NCBI RefSeq assembly: GCF_004010195.1
Contig: NC_057720.1
Span: 19,397,717-19,461,716, forward strand
Length of the DNA: 64,000 bases
Direction of reading: 5' to 3'
Source of the DNA: Chiloscyllium plagiosum
Taxonomy: Eukaryota
Each line of letters starts with the position of its first letter. The stretch's first letter is position 1. This document shows positions 1 through 12,870 of the stretch, piece after piece. The position numbers and the translations under genes were made by a program. The notes beneath the pieces were generated by a model. That model was given only the letters and a program-made list of their open reading frames with translations, had not been told where the DNA came from and searched no databases.

Positions 1-225
1 AAGAGGAAAGAAAAATTCAGTGGAGTGTGATTACATTGAGAGGCATAGCTAGGAAGTTGTTCACTTCTGTTATCAAAACAGGACTAAACAGTCCTGGACA
101 CCATCCAGGAAAAAGAAGACATCTCACCATTGCCTTCTCAATGACAACAAGGGTGGGCAATAAATGTTTCTCAGCCAGCGACACCCATGTCCCGCAAGAG
201 AATGAAAAGGCCAATTGCAGCGTAA

Positions 226-430
226 TCCTCCCATAACGCAAAGATGTGCAGGTTAGGTGGATTGGCTGTCCTAAATTGCCCATAGTGTGCAGGCTAGGTG
301 TGTTCGCCATGGGAAATGCATGGTTATGGGGATAGAGTAGGGGGGCAGGTCTGGGTGGGCTGCACTTTGGAGGGTTGCTATCGACTTGATGGGCCAAATG
401 GCCTGCTCCCACACTGTAGGAATTCTATGC
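226..430 (+). mobile_element. HE1-type V-SINE, 3' part
   Basis: CAAAGATGTGCAGGTTAGGTGGATTGG..AAATTGCCC core and 3' tail, shared with fuller copies at 31086, 36110 and 57297. Confidence 0.8.
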
Positions 431-1274
431 TGTGATCAAAGCTGCATCTATTTTTGAGATACCCAGGACTTTCTCCTCGAATTATTGCAGACTTGTGATG
501 ACACAAATATTACATAATGGATTCCAGTGATGAGAGAACATTGCAATTAATCCAAGTCAGGAAAGTGCACAATCCCCGAGTTCCTTCAGCCCATCACTGC
601 TGGCCTTCCTTTCAGCAGCCTAGGATCTAAACTCAGGAATTCCTTAAACCCCTCTTCCTCTCTCACAGCCTTTAAATTGGTCTTTAACCTCTATCTTTTT
701 GACCTAGCTTTTGGTCATCTATCCCAGTATCCCATGTGGCTTAATATCCCATTGTCTATTACATTAGACAAAACCTTGAGGAGGTTTATGATGTAAGGAA
801 GCTATATAAATTCAAACTTTTGATGGTGTGTGATGTGAAAAGGTATTTGCCAGTGATAATGTTCCCATGCTGTCTTTCTTCTGGTTGGCTCAATTTGCAG
901 TTGCATGTAGGTTTTGTGTTGAAATGACCTCAATGAGTTGCATCTTGTAGTTGGTACACAATGCAGTCATGGTGGTACTAACCAAGTTCAGCACTAAAAA
1001 CACACAGTAACATAGAAAATAACTGCAGGAGTAGACCATTCGGCCCTTTGAGCCTGTACTATCATTCAATATGACCTTGGCAGCAATCTCTGGAATCCAT
1101 TCCCGCTTTCTCCCCATACCCCTTGATTCCTTTAGCCATAAGGGGTGCCCCTGAACAGCCCTAGTTTCTAATGGAGAGAGATACTGTGAAATATGACTTA
1201 TTAATTTACTTACTAGCCCATAGCAACAAACGGGCTGCAGTTCAGCTCAAGTTGGTAGCGAAATGAATTTTTTT

Positions 1275-1550
1275 TTAAAGGATCCCTTCAGTATGGAAGC
1301 AGGCCATTTGGTCCATCAAGTCCACATCAACCCTCTGAAGAGCATCCCACCCCCTACCCTATAACCTGCTTTTCTATAGCTAACCCACCTAGCCTGCACA
1401 TCCCTGGACACTAGTGGCAATTTGGTATGGCCAATCTACCTAACCTGCACATTCTTTGGACTGTGGGAGGAAACCCACACAGACAGAGGCTGGAATCAAA
1501 GCCAGGTTCCCTGGCACCATGTGGCAGTAGTACTAACCACTGAGCAGTGA
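1275..1550 (-). mobile_element. HE1-type V-SINE
   Basis: Reverse complement of the tRNA-like head (CTCAGTGGTTAGTACT..) and V-SINE core. Confidence 0.8.
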
Positions 1551-2179
1551 GATCACTATGAAACTGCAACTTCACTTTGTTGCTACAGAAATATTCTGCA
1601 GCTGGTGGTGGAGCCAATTAAACAGAGTTTTACTCTGAACTCATCAAATTTCAGCATCAATGCTGTGTTCTGAAACTGTTCTAATTCCAAAGAGTAATAC
1701 TCCTCACCTTGATGAGCTGAACAAAGCATCAGGATCAATCAGCATAACATGAAGACAACTGCTCACATTGACACACTCTGTTGCTCACAATCACAGGCTC
1801 GCAGCTATTGAAGTCACTGTCATACATGAACAGAACACAGATAAATACACTGAGGCCCTCTGTAATATCAATATCAACAGCTGGAGTAGCTGGAAGCAAG
1901 ATGGTTTTACTATTTCAATAATCCCTTCCATTCTGCAGGAGGGATTAATGGGTCTTTGTTTTGGTCATAACACTACAGCAGTCGGAAAAAGTGCACAATT
2001 TGTCTTACCCTAACCACACTGCTGAATGACAGCTGTGTTGATGATATCTATTCAGATTAACAGGCTCCATTACTTCATCAGGTTCACTACTAAGCATAAG
2101 CAGCTAACAGACACTTGGAGAGCCACGGAGGTAACGTCAGAGGGTGTGTTAAAGAGGGTGAACTGAAGGGAAGTATTGA

Positions 2180-2950
2180 GCATCTTTCTCCAATGACCCA
2201 AGGAACACTACAGCCAATCAAGAACATTTGAAATGTGGTTACTGCTTTGATGTAGGTAACACAGCAGCAGCCAATTTCCCCACTGTAAGTCCTCGCAAAA
2301 AACATAATGAAATAAATGAGCAGATTATCTGTGTTTAGATGTTGCTTGAGGACTAGATATTGGCCAGGATACAGGAAACTTCTGCTCTGATTCAATGAAT
2401 GAGAGGTGATCTCATTGAAATTTACAAAATACTTTGAAGGACAGACAGGGTGGATGCAGGGAAGATGTGTCGCCTGGTTGCAAAGGCCAGAACTAATTCT
2501 GCTAAGTTCCAATTTAAAAATAAAAGAGAATGCCACTTAGTTCTGAGATGAGGAGAATTTATTTTATGCAGAGGGTTGTGAACCTTTGGCATTCTTAGTG
2601 GAAGCTTAGTCTTTGGTGAGTATGTTTAAGGTCGATACCAATAGATTTCTGATCACCAGAGACATATAGAATGGCGTGGGTGAAAGGCTTGGAAGTGTTT
2701 GACCAGCCCCGATCATTTTCATTGGTGGGGCAGGCTCTACTTTATGGCTTACTCCTGTTCCTAGTTTCAGAATATTATTAGGGAGGAGTCAAAGGAGACT
2801 TCAATTTAAGGTCACATTTGAAAGACAGTACCTTCAAAAGTGCAACACCCGTGGTTCTTAATATGGTGTGTGTTCAAATCTCTGGAGTGACCCACAACCT
2901 TCTGATTTACTGGGAGCGAATATACTCCTGGGCCAAGGGCGAAACTGCAT
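2180..2950 (-). mobile_element. Deu-domain SINE (SacSINE1/AmnSINE1-like), interrupted by a + strand CR1 3' fragment (~2390-2765)
   Basis: Similar to copies at 13280, 19810, 20715 and 61785; family assigned from memory of the Deu-domain consensus. Confidence 0.6.
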
Positions 2951-3629
2951 TCAGTGGATTCTTTACCAAGTTTTCACTGTAACTGGTTCAGCAGCAAACA
3001 TGTGACAAACACAAATCAACATGAAACTGAAGTATAAAAAATAGGAGCAGGAATAGGCCATTCAGCCCCTCGGTCTGCCCTGCCATTCAATGAGATCTGA
3101 TAACCCTCAACTCCACTTTCCTGCCTTTTCCCATAACATTTGATTACTGATTTTCTTAAAAAAATCGAAGTCTTGAATATACCTTACGACCAAACCTCAG
3201 CAGCCCTCTGGGTGGTAAAGAATTCGACAGATTCACTACCTTCATACAGAAGGAATTCCTCCTCATCTCTGCTTTAAATGAGAAATCCCTAATTCTGAAA
3301 TTATCCCATCAGGTCTTCAACCCACCCACAAGGGGAAACATTTTTTGACATCTACCTTGTCAAGTCTGTTTCAATAATGTCACCTTTCATTTTCATTCTT
3401 CAAAATTCCAGAGAATATAGACTCATAGGACAATCCCAGGAATTGAATAATTAGAACTATACAGTCAAAATAGACTGGAACAAGACAACCGGCAATTGTA
3501 TAGCACCTTCAAGATTAGAAAACAACTCATAGTGAAGCAAGCCAAGTTGATTTCCAATGCTAAAAGTGCTTTAAAATTATCACCGAACAATATTTTACAA
3601 ACTGACAAAAAGTTGGTAATCTGGCATAC

Positions 3630-3744
3630 CTCTCCGTCTCTCCCTCTCCTGGAGAAGGATGATGCTAGAGACAATATGAGTCCTGTGTGTCTGATTCTGA
3701 ATTCCTAGTTGCCTCAGGTCAGCCTCTGTCAAATGCAGCAAATC
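3630..3744 (-). CDS. bcar3: Coding exon, second half of a SAM domain (DLLHLTEADLRQLGIQNQTHRTHIVSSIILLQERERRR + 1 nt); probably the BCAR3 long isoform
   Basis: Acceptor CACTTCCTTTTCCCAG|GAT, donor GAG|GTATGC, 115 nt open frame. Phase 0 start matches the phase 0 end of the 36702 exon. SAM pattern DLL.L.E.DL..LGI....HR..I...I. The exon call is stronger than the gene name, which is from recall. Confidence 0.8.
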
Positions 3745-4174
3745 CTGGGAAAAGGAAGTGACAAGTTAAAAGTGAGAACAGTACCTCAGCTTACACACTG
3801 TACATGTTGGCAGTGTGATAGGGGAACTATATCAGGTTCAGGGACAGAGGGCGAATAGGGCCAACCAACTAGGGCCTGGGGTCTCAGACACCAGCTGTGC
3901 TCAGCTGGGGTGGTGCCTGGGATCCAAGCCAGGGGCAGCACTGCGTGTTCTGGTTTCTGTGCCCACCCTGAACTGCGTCACTCAGACTGTGATGATGTGC
4001 TCGATAGATTAGACTGTGGTTGAGATTTCTTGTACATATGATGTCCTGTCATTTTGAAGAAATCTTCTACATACCACAATTATAATCTCTATAATATGTA
4101 CTTCAGACTGAAGTTGCTGCAATTTATATTAGGTGTTCGATATACTGCACAAACAGTGATAAATATCCCACATT

Positions 4175-4397
4175 GGGGGTCTGTTAGTTCAGTTGTCTGA
4201 TGGCTGGTTTATGACGTGGAGTGACACCAACAGTGAGAGTTCAATTTCCACCATGGATCGAGATTAACATGAAGGACCCTCCTTCTCAACTGCTTCCCCT
4301 TACCTGAGGTGTGGTGACCCACAGGTTAAACTGCTGCTAGGCATCTCTCCCTAAAAAGAGAGTAATCTTATAGTCTGGTAGGGGATGGTGACCTTAC
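4175..4397 (+). mobile_element. tRNA-derived SINE, family distinct from HE1
   Basis: A-box-like TAGTTCAGTTG and B-box-like GAGTTCAATTTCC; homologous copy at ~59800-60030. Confidence 0.6.
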
Positions 4398-4463
4398 CAT
4401 GTTGAACTTAACTCTACACATGGTCAACTGTGAGGGGGTATTCCTTATATACAATTGTGATCA

Positions 4464-5087
4464 ATGTTTCATGATAAGAGCATTGAGTACAGGAGTTGGG
4501 AGGTCATGTTGTGGTTGTACAGGACATCGGTTAGGCCACTGTTGGAATATTGCATGCAATTCTGGTCTCCCTCCTATCGGAAAGACGTGAAACTTGAAAG
4601 GGTTCAGAAAAGATTTACAAGGATGTTGCCAGGGTTGGAGGATTTGAGCTATAGGGAGAGGTTGAATGGACTAGGGCTGTTTTCCCTAGAGCGTCGGAGG
4701 CTGAGGGGTGACCTGATAGAGGTTTATAAAATCATGAGGGGCATGGATAGGATAAATAGTCAAAGTCTTTTCCCTGGGTTGGAGGAGTCCAGAACTAGAG
4801 AGCATAGGTTTAGGGTGAGAGGGGAAAGATATAAAAGGGACCTAAGAGGCAACTTTTTCATTCAGAGGGTGGTACATGTATGGAATAAGCTGCCAGAGGA
4901 AGTGGTGGAGGCTAGTACAATTGCAACATTTAAAAAGCATCTTGATGGGTATATGAATAGGAAAGGTTTAGAGGGATATGGGCCATGTGCTGGCAGGTGG
5001 GACTAGGTTGGGTTGGGATATCTGGTTGGCATGGACGAGTTGGACTGAAGGGTCTGTTTCCGTGCTGTACATCTCTATGACTCTATG
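4464..5087 (+). mobile_element. CR1 LINE 3' end (ORF2 C-terminus, 3' UTR, CTCTATGA tail)
   Basis: ORF ..LYRTSVRPLLEYCMQFWSP..LERVQKRFTRML..RLRGDLIEVYKIM..WNKLPEEVV. Confidence 0.95.
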
Positions 5088-5139
5088 CAAACTATCAACA
5101 AGAAATTGAGTGAATGGTAGAAAACAATGAGAAATGGTT

Positions 5140-6913
5140 AGACAAGATGGCATTCTTGAAAGAATTCCCGGAGTCTCATTTGTTTGATGAATTCCTCAGT
5201 GTCTGCTGCAAGACTCGTGGGGTCCATTTTGGTAGTGGGGCAGAAATTGAGGCCCCTGCTAAGAACTTCAATCTCTTCTGGTTGAAGGGTGCGGCCCAGT
5301 AAGTTGACGATCGACTTTCCTGCGGTAATAACGTTTTCCACTGTGGTGCCAAGGTTGGCTTGGCTACTGCTGGTGGTGATGCCAAGTTTCTCCTGTTTCT
5401 TGGTCTTGGTGTGCATGTACGTGGTGTAGTTTTGTTGCTTGCCTATTTGGCAATGTCACGTAACTGTACTGCTATATCCTGAGTGCAGGCTGAGAGTGTG
5501 GACTTTTTCCACTGTGGTGCCAAGGTTGGCTTGGCTACTGCTGGTGGTGATGCCAAGTTTCTCCTGTTTCTTGGTCTTGGTGTGCATGTACGTGGTGTAG
5601 TTTTGTCGCTTGCCTATTTGGCAATGTCACGTAACTGTACTGCTATATCCTGAGTGCAAGCTGAGAGTGTGGACTCCATCTTAATTTCAAGGTTGTGGTG
5701 CCTGCTGTAGAGTTGGTGCACGAGATGATTGAGGGGTTTGTGAGAGGTGCAGTGGCAAGGTGTCTCCATGTAGTCTGTGTTGGTACCTGTCACGGTAGAC
5801 ACTGCAAGACGTGTCAGAATGTCGACACAGATACCACCATTACACATGGGGACATCTCCCACCATGTATGTGGCAGATACTCATGTGACTTGGCCAACGT
5901 TGCCTATCTCATACGCTGCAGGCCAGGATGCCTTGAGGCATGGTACATTGGCAAGAATGAGCAGGGGCTATGGCAATGGATGAATGGACACCGCACAATA
6001 ATCAACAGACAGGAGTGTTCCTTCCCAGTCGGAGAACACTTCAGCAAGCCGGGACATTCGACCTCAGACCTTCGGGTGACCACCTTTCAAGGCAGACTTC
6101 AAGACAGGCAACAATGCAAAGTGGCCGAGCAGAGGCTGATAGCCCAAGTTCGGTACCCACAGGGATGGCCTCAACCGGGACCTTGGGTTCACATCACACT
6201 ACAGGTGACCCCACTGCACCACACAGACACAGACACACGTGCAGACAGACAGACAGACAGACACGCACACACACACTCCTACAGATGCACACACTCATGC
6301 AGACCCTCTCTCATACACAAGCTCTCTCTCATATGCACACACGCATGCACGCACGCACACACACACACACTCCCACTCACAGACCTATACCCCTTTACAC
6401 TCACACTCACACATATACACACTCATATCCCTCGCGCACACATTTCATTTTGCTCAAAAACTGCATGAATACATGTAAGGTTCTGCAAATTCGTTTTTAG
6501 ATTCGAATCAGTCTGAACATTGGGGCACAGACAACCTCACGCAGGGCACCTCACACCTTCAGTGCATTATCTGGGCCAACATGGCACCTATTGTTAAAGT
6601 TCACTTGAGAATGTAACCTTTAAAAAGTTCTGGCACTTACATATGAAAGAACTGAAACCAACATACCCATTCTAAAAGATGAGAGACTTAACAAACAATC
6701 CAGGTCTTTTTCAATATATACTTTCAGTTATATCACACTGTAAACTTTTGTTACAAATTCTGTGTCCTACGATCTTATACTTCACAACTGCCTGATGAAG
6801 GAGCAGCACTCCAAAAGCTAGTGCTTCCAAATAAACCCTGTTGGACTATAACTTTATGATGTGTGATTTTTAACTTTGTCCACCCCAGTGCAACACCGGG
6901 ACCTTCAAATCAT
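5140..6913. mobile_element. Penelope-like element (Neptune-type), rearranged: N-terminal ORF fragment on - strand (~5140-5700), GIY-YIG endonuclease fragment and terminal region on + strand
   Basis: - strand IVNLLGRTLQPEEIEVLSRGLNFCP..LREFF; + strand CKTC..YSCDLANVAYLIRC..C..WYIG..MNGHR; CA-rich tract 6220-6440; decayed hammerhead at ~6789-6823. Confidence 0.85.
5334..5675. repeat. Tandem duplication, 2 x 171 bp, inside the PLE
   Basis: 5334-5504 vs 5505-5675, two substitutions seen. Confidence 0.95.
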
Positions 6914-8106
6914 TAAAGACTAAGCTATCTTTGATGTGGAGCCATAAATACATCTGTTTATTCTTAAAATGGTTTAAATATACTGAATGCACTGAATTAG
7001 TGCTTTTGATAAAGGGAAGTTAAAATAAGACAGAAGGCTGCAATTTATTTTATATCAGCATTATGGCTGGTTATTATAGGATAGGAACTGATATCCATTG
7101 GATGGATACAACAAACACAAGGAACACTAGTTTATCAACTTTGCCTGTGTCCAACCTGTACACAATTACAAAGACAAGGCCAATAGAGAACATTTCAAGA
7201 TTATGTTTTAGCCTGCCACAAACAGTTTTAAGCCTGTTACAGTAATTTTCCCAGAAATTATGATGCCCTGAATGGAGCAAGCCTTGGCTCTGATCAGTCC
7301 ACCTCTGAACAGGTAGGTTACATTTCTTTGAGAAATCACCTGCTTTAGATGGAGACCAGAAAGGTGCAGCTCTGCTCCTCCTGGCTCCACTGCATTTGAT
7401 GCCTGTCACAAACATCATCATCCCATTCCTCTACCTTCACTTCCCTGCCACAACCCCTTCACTTACGGCAACTTACCCGAGGGACACAGGATTAAATGAC
7501 ATGATGGGGAACAGTGAGCTGCCTGTGGAGGTGTGACAGGTGACAATTCCCTACATTATTGAGATAAGGCTCCAATGTTGCACACGACTGATGCAAAATG
7601 TAGCTCTCACCCGAAAACTGGCCCAAACTTACTTTTAAATTGACTTGAAATGTTGAATCACCACATAACATAGAATTTACAGCATATCAATCCCAAGCAT
7701 CAGTTGTTCTGCAATCCTTTTCTATGTGATAAACTGTATTTTCAATCCACTGCTGTTTTGCACAGACAGTATACTTCCAGAAAGGATCTTACCCCTGGGT
7801 GGAGAAGGGAAAGGTGGCAGCTACAGTGAGGGTACAGAGTCTCAGAATAAAGGGCAAGCCAATTTAGGACAGAACTGAAGAGAAATCTCCTAACTTCTAA
7901 GTGAAATTTGTAGAATTCTGTGCCACAGAGGGATATGGAAGCTCAGATCAATAGATTTCTAGGTACTAACAATATCACGGCATATGGTGATAGTGCTGGA
8001 AAATGGCCTTGAGGTAGGTGATCAATTATGACAAGAAGGTGGCCTTCACAGCAAGAGGATTCAGGTACAGGAGCAGGAAGTCCTTGCTGAAATTCTGCAG
8101 GATCTT

Positions 8107-8312
8107 GGTGAGACCACACCTGGGCTATTCTGCGTGGTTTTGGGTCCTTGTCCGATGAGTGGTCTTCTGGGGGACTGCAATGAAGATTTTCGAGGAGAAA
8201 GTGAGGTCTGCAGATGCTGGAGATCAAAGGGTGAGACCACACCTGGGCTATTCTGCGTGGTTTTGGGTCCTTGTCCGATGAGTGGTCTTCTGGGGGACTG
8301 CAATGAAGATTT
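8107..8312. repeat. 83-bp perfect direct duplication flanking a 40-bp fragment of a family-A PLE terminus, within an old CR1
   Basis: 8107-8189 = 8230-8312; spacer contains GGAGAAAGTGAGGTCTGCAGATGCTGGAGATC. Confidence 0.9.
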
Positions 8313-8464
8313 ACCAGACTGATTCCTGAGATAGCAGGAATAATGTATGAAGGGAGACTGGATTAGTTTGGGCTATATTCACTTGAGTTTGAAGAGTGAA
8401 AGAGGAGTCTCACAGAAACATCTAAAATTCCAACAGGACTAGACAGTTCTTAGAACTTAAAACT

Positions 8465-8768
8465 CCTAACAGCGTGTAAACAGGCCTTTCGGCCCAGCAA
8501 GTCCACACTGACCCTCTGAAGAGCAACCCACCCTGACCCATTCCTTTATTTCCTCCACATTTTCCTTGACTAATGCACCTAACATTACAGGCAATTTAGC
8601 ATGGCCAATCCATCTAACCTCCACATTTTTGAATTGTGGGAGGAAACCCACACAGACACAAGGAGAACCTGCAAACTCCACACAGACAGTTACCCAAGGC
8701 TGGAATCGAACCTGGGTCCCTGGAGCTGTGAGGCTGCAGTGCTAACTACTGGGCCACCGTGTCGCCCT
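8465..8768 (-). mobile_element. HE1-type V-SINE, near full length
   Basis: Reverse complement head GGGCGACACGGTGGCCCAGTAGTTAGCACTGC..GGTTCGATTCC. Confidence 0.9.
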
Positions 8769-8864
8769 GCTCTGAAGAAGAGTCATATTTGATTCAAAAC
8801 ACAAACGCTACTTTCTCTCCACAGATTATGCCAAACCTCCAACACTTCTCCAGCATTCTCTGTG

Positions 8865-9275
8865 TTTGATTTGATTTATTGTCACATGGACCTAAATGCA
8901 GTGAAAAGCTTTGTTTGTGAGCAGTACAGGCAGATCATTGTAAGCAAGATCATACAGATCATAGGGTGAAAAAAAACTTGGACAGAGTAAGGCATTTAGG
9001 TTACAACACAGTGATGTGTGCTAGGCAAGATTAACATTAACAAGATCAGGGTTATTTGAAGTTAGAGAGTCCATTGATAATGGCAGGGAAGAAGCTGTTC
9101 TTGCTTCTGTAGTTTCTTACGGTCCTGGTCAGAGCAGTTGCTATACCAGGCTGTTTTGCACCTGGACAGTATGTTTTCAATGGTGCATCTGTAAACATTG
9201 GTGAGGGTTCTTATGGATGTGCCAAATCTCCTGAGCCACCTGAGGAAGAAGAGCCGTTGTCGTTCGTTCTTTGCC
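8865..9275 (-). mobile_element. Rex1/Babar-type LINE 3' fragment, nested in a family-C PLE remnant
   Basis: QRLFFLRWLRRFGTSIRTLTNVYRCTIENILSRCKTAWYSNCSDQDRKKLQK resembles the Rex1/Babar C-terminal region. Confidence 0.75.
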
Positions 9276-10290
9276 ACAGATTTCTAGCATCGAGTGTTTT
9301 TCATTTAGACAGGATAAATGCAGGACAGACATTTCCGATGACCTGGGAGTCCAGAATCAGGCATCACAGTTTAGGTGTGTGGCATAGGCCATTCCGGACT
9401 GGTAAATGGGAGTAGATTAATATAGGATATCTGGTCGGCATGGACGAGTTGGACCCAAGGATCTGTTTCTGTGCTGTGCATCTCTATGACTGAGATGAGG
9501 AGAAACGTTTTCATCCAGAGATTGGTGAATCTATGGAATTCTCATTCACAGGAGTCCATAATCAGTTCATTTACCTTAATATAACTCCTCGGGTTTCTTC
9601 TCAGCAACAAAAACCATTTTTGAAATTCATATTTCGAGGTATATTTCCTGAAGACGTAGCACTTTTTGACTGCTTTTAGGAGAAACAATCTCCTACGTGG
9701 TAAAAATGTCTTTGTGGTGTTTGCATTGTCAGCACTGAGACCATAAAGTTTAAAGCAATATGTTTTCTTCTGAGGTTGCGGTGGGTCAATTCTTGCTGAT
9801 TAAAGTTTAATCCTGGAACATCAATTTGATTTAAGTCCTTTGTTAAACATGTTTAGCATCGACAAAGAACATGAATGTAACACTACATATTGATCTGCTC
9901 CTCATGCTGGTGACATGCTTAAAATCTGCTGGCTTGCTGTAAACCATATCTTTGCTTAGCTTTGAATTGGTTATAAATGGTCAATGAACAAAAGAAACAG
10001 ATTCCTTTCAGTCTGACCCTTTTATCAGTGTTACCTTCTGTTTGAGCTGAGCAATACCAGGGTGAATTGTTTCATGATCTGAGCTGTGGTTATATCCTGG
10101 TACCTTTTGTTTCTCTTATCTTATTGTAAATGTTATGACTGCTCAAACATTGTATGATTTGGAGAGAAGTTTCTTTTGCTCTGGGCTCTGGTGTTTTGAC
10201 AATGCCTTTCTCCACAGGTGTTTTCCGATCGTCTACTGCTGGTTTTTGTGTGATAGGGAATTGGAGGCTGTTTAAAGGTGACTGAGTTAC

Positions 10291-10415
10291 AAATCACACA
10301 ACACCAGGTTATAATCCAACAGCTAGTGCTTCCAAATAGACCTGTTGGACTATAACCTGATGTTGTGCGATTTATAACTTTGTCCACCCCAGTCCAACAC
10401 CAGCTCCTCCACAGC
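10291..10415. mobile_element. Small inverted remnant of the family-D (Neptune) PLE terminus
   Basis: AAATCACACAACACCAGGTTATA..CCAAC followed by its reverse complement; matches 6815-6913. Confidence 0.75.
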
Positions 10416-10769
10416 ACAGTGACTGGTCAGCCATTGAGTCTCTGTGCAGCTAATGAAGGGAGATCTATAAACACACACACCACGACCCCTCATTCTCAAG
10501 CCATTATCAGAGCCGTCAATTTCCCTCTTAAGATTTTTCTGTGCTATGTTGTGATATTGCAAAAAGACCACCAACACATCAAGGACAGAGGTTCTGACAT
10601 TACAGTGATGGCTACAATTGTAAAGTAACAGAAGTAATGCCTTCAATTTGTTAGCATCTGATTAGAAAACAGACAAATCCTGTCCCTGCCATTTATACAG
10701 ACAGCACCAATGAGTAAGAACAGGCTCAAGCTGGGGCCAGGGCAAGGGAAAGGGAGTGATAGCATCCTG

Positions 10770-10927
10770 GGAGAGAGGAACTGAGTTAATGTTTTGCAAA
10801 TCTGATTTGACTCTTCTTCCGGAATTCCACTTCTGTTTCTCTCTCCACAGAGATGCTGCCAGATTTGCTGAATTTCTCCATTATGCTCTGTTTGCTTCAG
10901 GTTGCCAGCATCTGCTGTATTTTGCAT
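10770..10927. mobile_element. Family-C PLE-derived remnant
   Basis: GATGCTGCCAGA..GCTGAATTTCTCCA..CCAGCATCTGC, shared with copies at 29945, 30686, 35460 and 60625. Confidence 0.6.
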
Positions 10928-11312
10928 TTATTATAGGGGAATTTTGAGAGTGCTCTCTTTCTTTTCATTGTTGACTGCATCATTGTAAGTAAAGTATGTC
11001 TGTCATGTTGATATTACCCTGGAGGGTCAGTGCGCACCTGCTTATACACAAGTCCTTCTGTAGATGTAGAATATTTCAATAAAATGTGTGGTATGTAAGG
11101 GATGACCTCCTGTGGCATCACTGACAGGCAATGTCGGCTTAGCGCATCTAGATGATGTTTAACTACTCCATGTATTTCATCTGGTCTGTCCCTTTAAGGT
11201 GACTGCACATGTGCAAATGATCTAAATGGACATGACCAAGGTGAATAAATGCCAAATTGCCATGCCAACTGGCAGTTTTCCTCGGATGAGGTGGGGTGGG
11301 GGTGGGAGTTGG

Positions 11313-11545
11313 TAGAATCATAGAACCCCTACAGTGTGGACGCAGGCCACTCAGCCCATTGAGTCCTCACCAACGCTGCAACTCACCCAGACCTAACCCT
11401 TTACTCTGTAACCTTGCACTTCTAATCCACCTTGCTTGCACAGTTTTGGACAGAGAGAGGAAATCCATGCAGACACAGCGAGAGTGTGTAAACTCCACAC
11501 AGACAGAGGGTGGAATCGAACCTGGTCATTGGCACTGTGAGGACT
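11313..11545 (-). mobile_element. HE1-type V-SINE, decayed
   Basis: AAACTCCACACAGACAG..GGAATCGAACCTGG. Confidence 0.7.
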
Positions 11546-11699
11546 GGCAGCAGAGGTGCCATTATCTCAAAGGCAGTCAGATGACAATCAAATCAAACGT
11601 GACATCTGAACAGCGTTGAGTCAGAACAGTTTAAGTGTGCAAGTACAACAGAAGCGAAAGGATTTTACAAGAGGCTTTTGAAAGCAGGGAAGATTTTTA

Positions 11700-12870
11700 A
11701 AAATTCTCTCATGGGATGCTCTGTCACTGGTAAGGCCAGCACCTATTGTCCACCTCTAGTTACCCATGAGTTGGTGGTGGTGAGCTGCCTTCTTGAATGA
11801 TTGAAGTCCACCTGGGGTAGGGACAGCCACACTGCTGTCTGGGAGGGAGCTCCAGAATTTCAGTAAAGGAATGGCATGCTATTGCTGATATTTGTGGGAT
11901 TGGAAAGTGCTGTGTAAGGAACCTTGGTTTGTTCCCAGTGTATGTTGTAGATGGTATGCACTGCCGCCACAATATGTTGGTGATGGAGGGAGTGAATATT
12001 GAAGGTATTGGATGGTATGCCAATCAAACTTTGTTCTGAATACCGAGTTTCTTGAATGTTTCAGAGCTTCGCTTGTTATGAACCAGACCAAATCCCCTTA
12101 AACCACATCAAAGAGATAGCCTGCACCATAACCTTATCTTATTTTAAAGGCAAGTGCCAGGCATTGTGTTCTGATGCAATTTAATTGGTCAAACTACCAG
12201 ACCTGAAGCAAAACACAGTTTATTCATACACGACAGTTAAGATGCAGACAAAATAAAAGAATTGGCTTAACTGTAACACTATCAAAATAATAAACTACTC
12301 AATAACTGTTCCAGTTCAGTAACATCTCAGAAACACACCCTTGGCAAAGGCAAAATCAGTAAAATAGATTATTTCACATGCAATTCGAGCAGCAGGAAGA
12401 CAACTTCAGCTTTTAGAAAAGAGGAATAAGAGCTTCCACAATCAGCTTCAAGATGCTAGCAAGTTCTGAAAGTGAACACTAAAAATCCTGTTTCTATGGG
12501 AGCTTGACCCCACCCATTCAGGTTGCTTCTATTGTTCCAACTTTAAAAAAACCTAAAACTTCACAAAGGTTTTACTTTATTGGCTATGAGCAGACTGCTC
12601 ACCACCTCTGTCTCAACTTCTGAAAGAAAAGGACAAAATAAATCTCTTAAAGCTATTGTATTGTTACACACTCACTGGGCAACTGCAGAGTATTCTATTA
12701 CACTGCTGACTTCTGTCTTGTGGATGTTACACAGGTCTTGTGGAGTCAGGAGGTTAGTTGCTCACCATAGAATTCCTAACCTCTGCCCTATTTTTGCACT
12801 CACAGTATTTCTGTGATTGATCCAATTTCTGGTCAATGCTAGCCACCAGTAGGAGAATTCAATGATGGTA
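11700..12870 (-). mobile_element. Old L2/CR1-group LINE 3' region, split by a solo LTR
   Basis: GGTGAGCTGCCTTCTTGAA motif shared with copies at 17925-18370 and 38915-39570. Confidence 0.65.
12074..12668 (-). mobile_element. Solo LTR (Gypsy/ERV-like), ~595 bp
   Basis: TGT...ACA termini, 4-bp target duplication CGCT/CACT, cleanly interrupts the host LINE. Strand inferred from TTTATT (AATAAA on -) near 12218. Confidence 0.7.

Noticed and set aside
7478..7522. Possible - strand mini-exon (CCACAG|..CGG|GTAAGT)
   Set aside because: Only splice-like motifs, no homology, and such motifs are expected by chance in 64 kb
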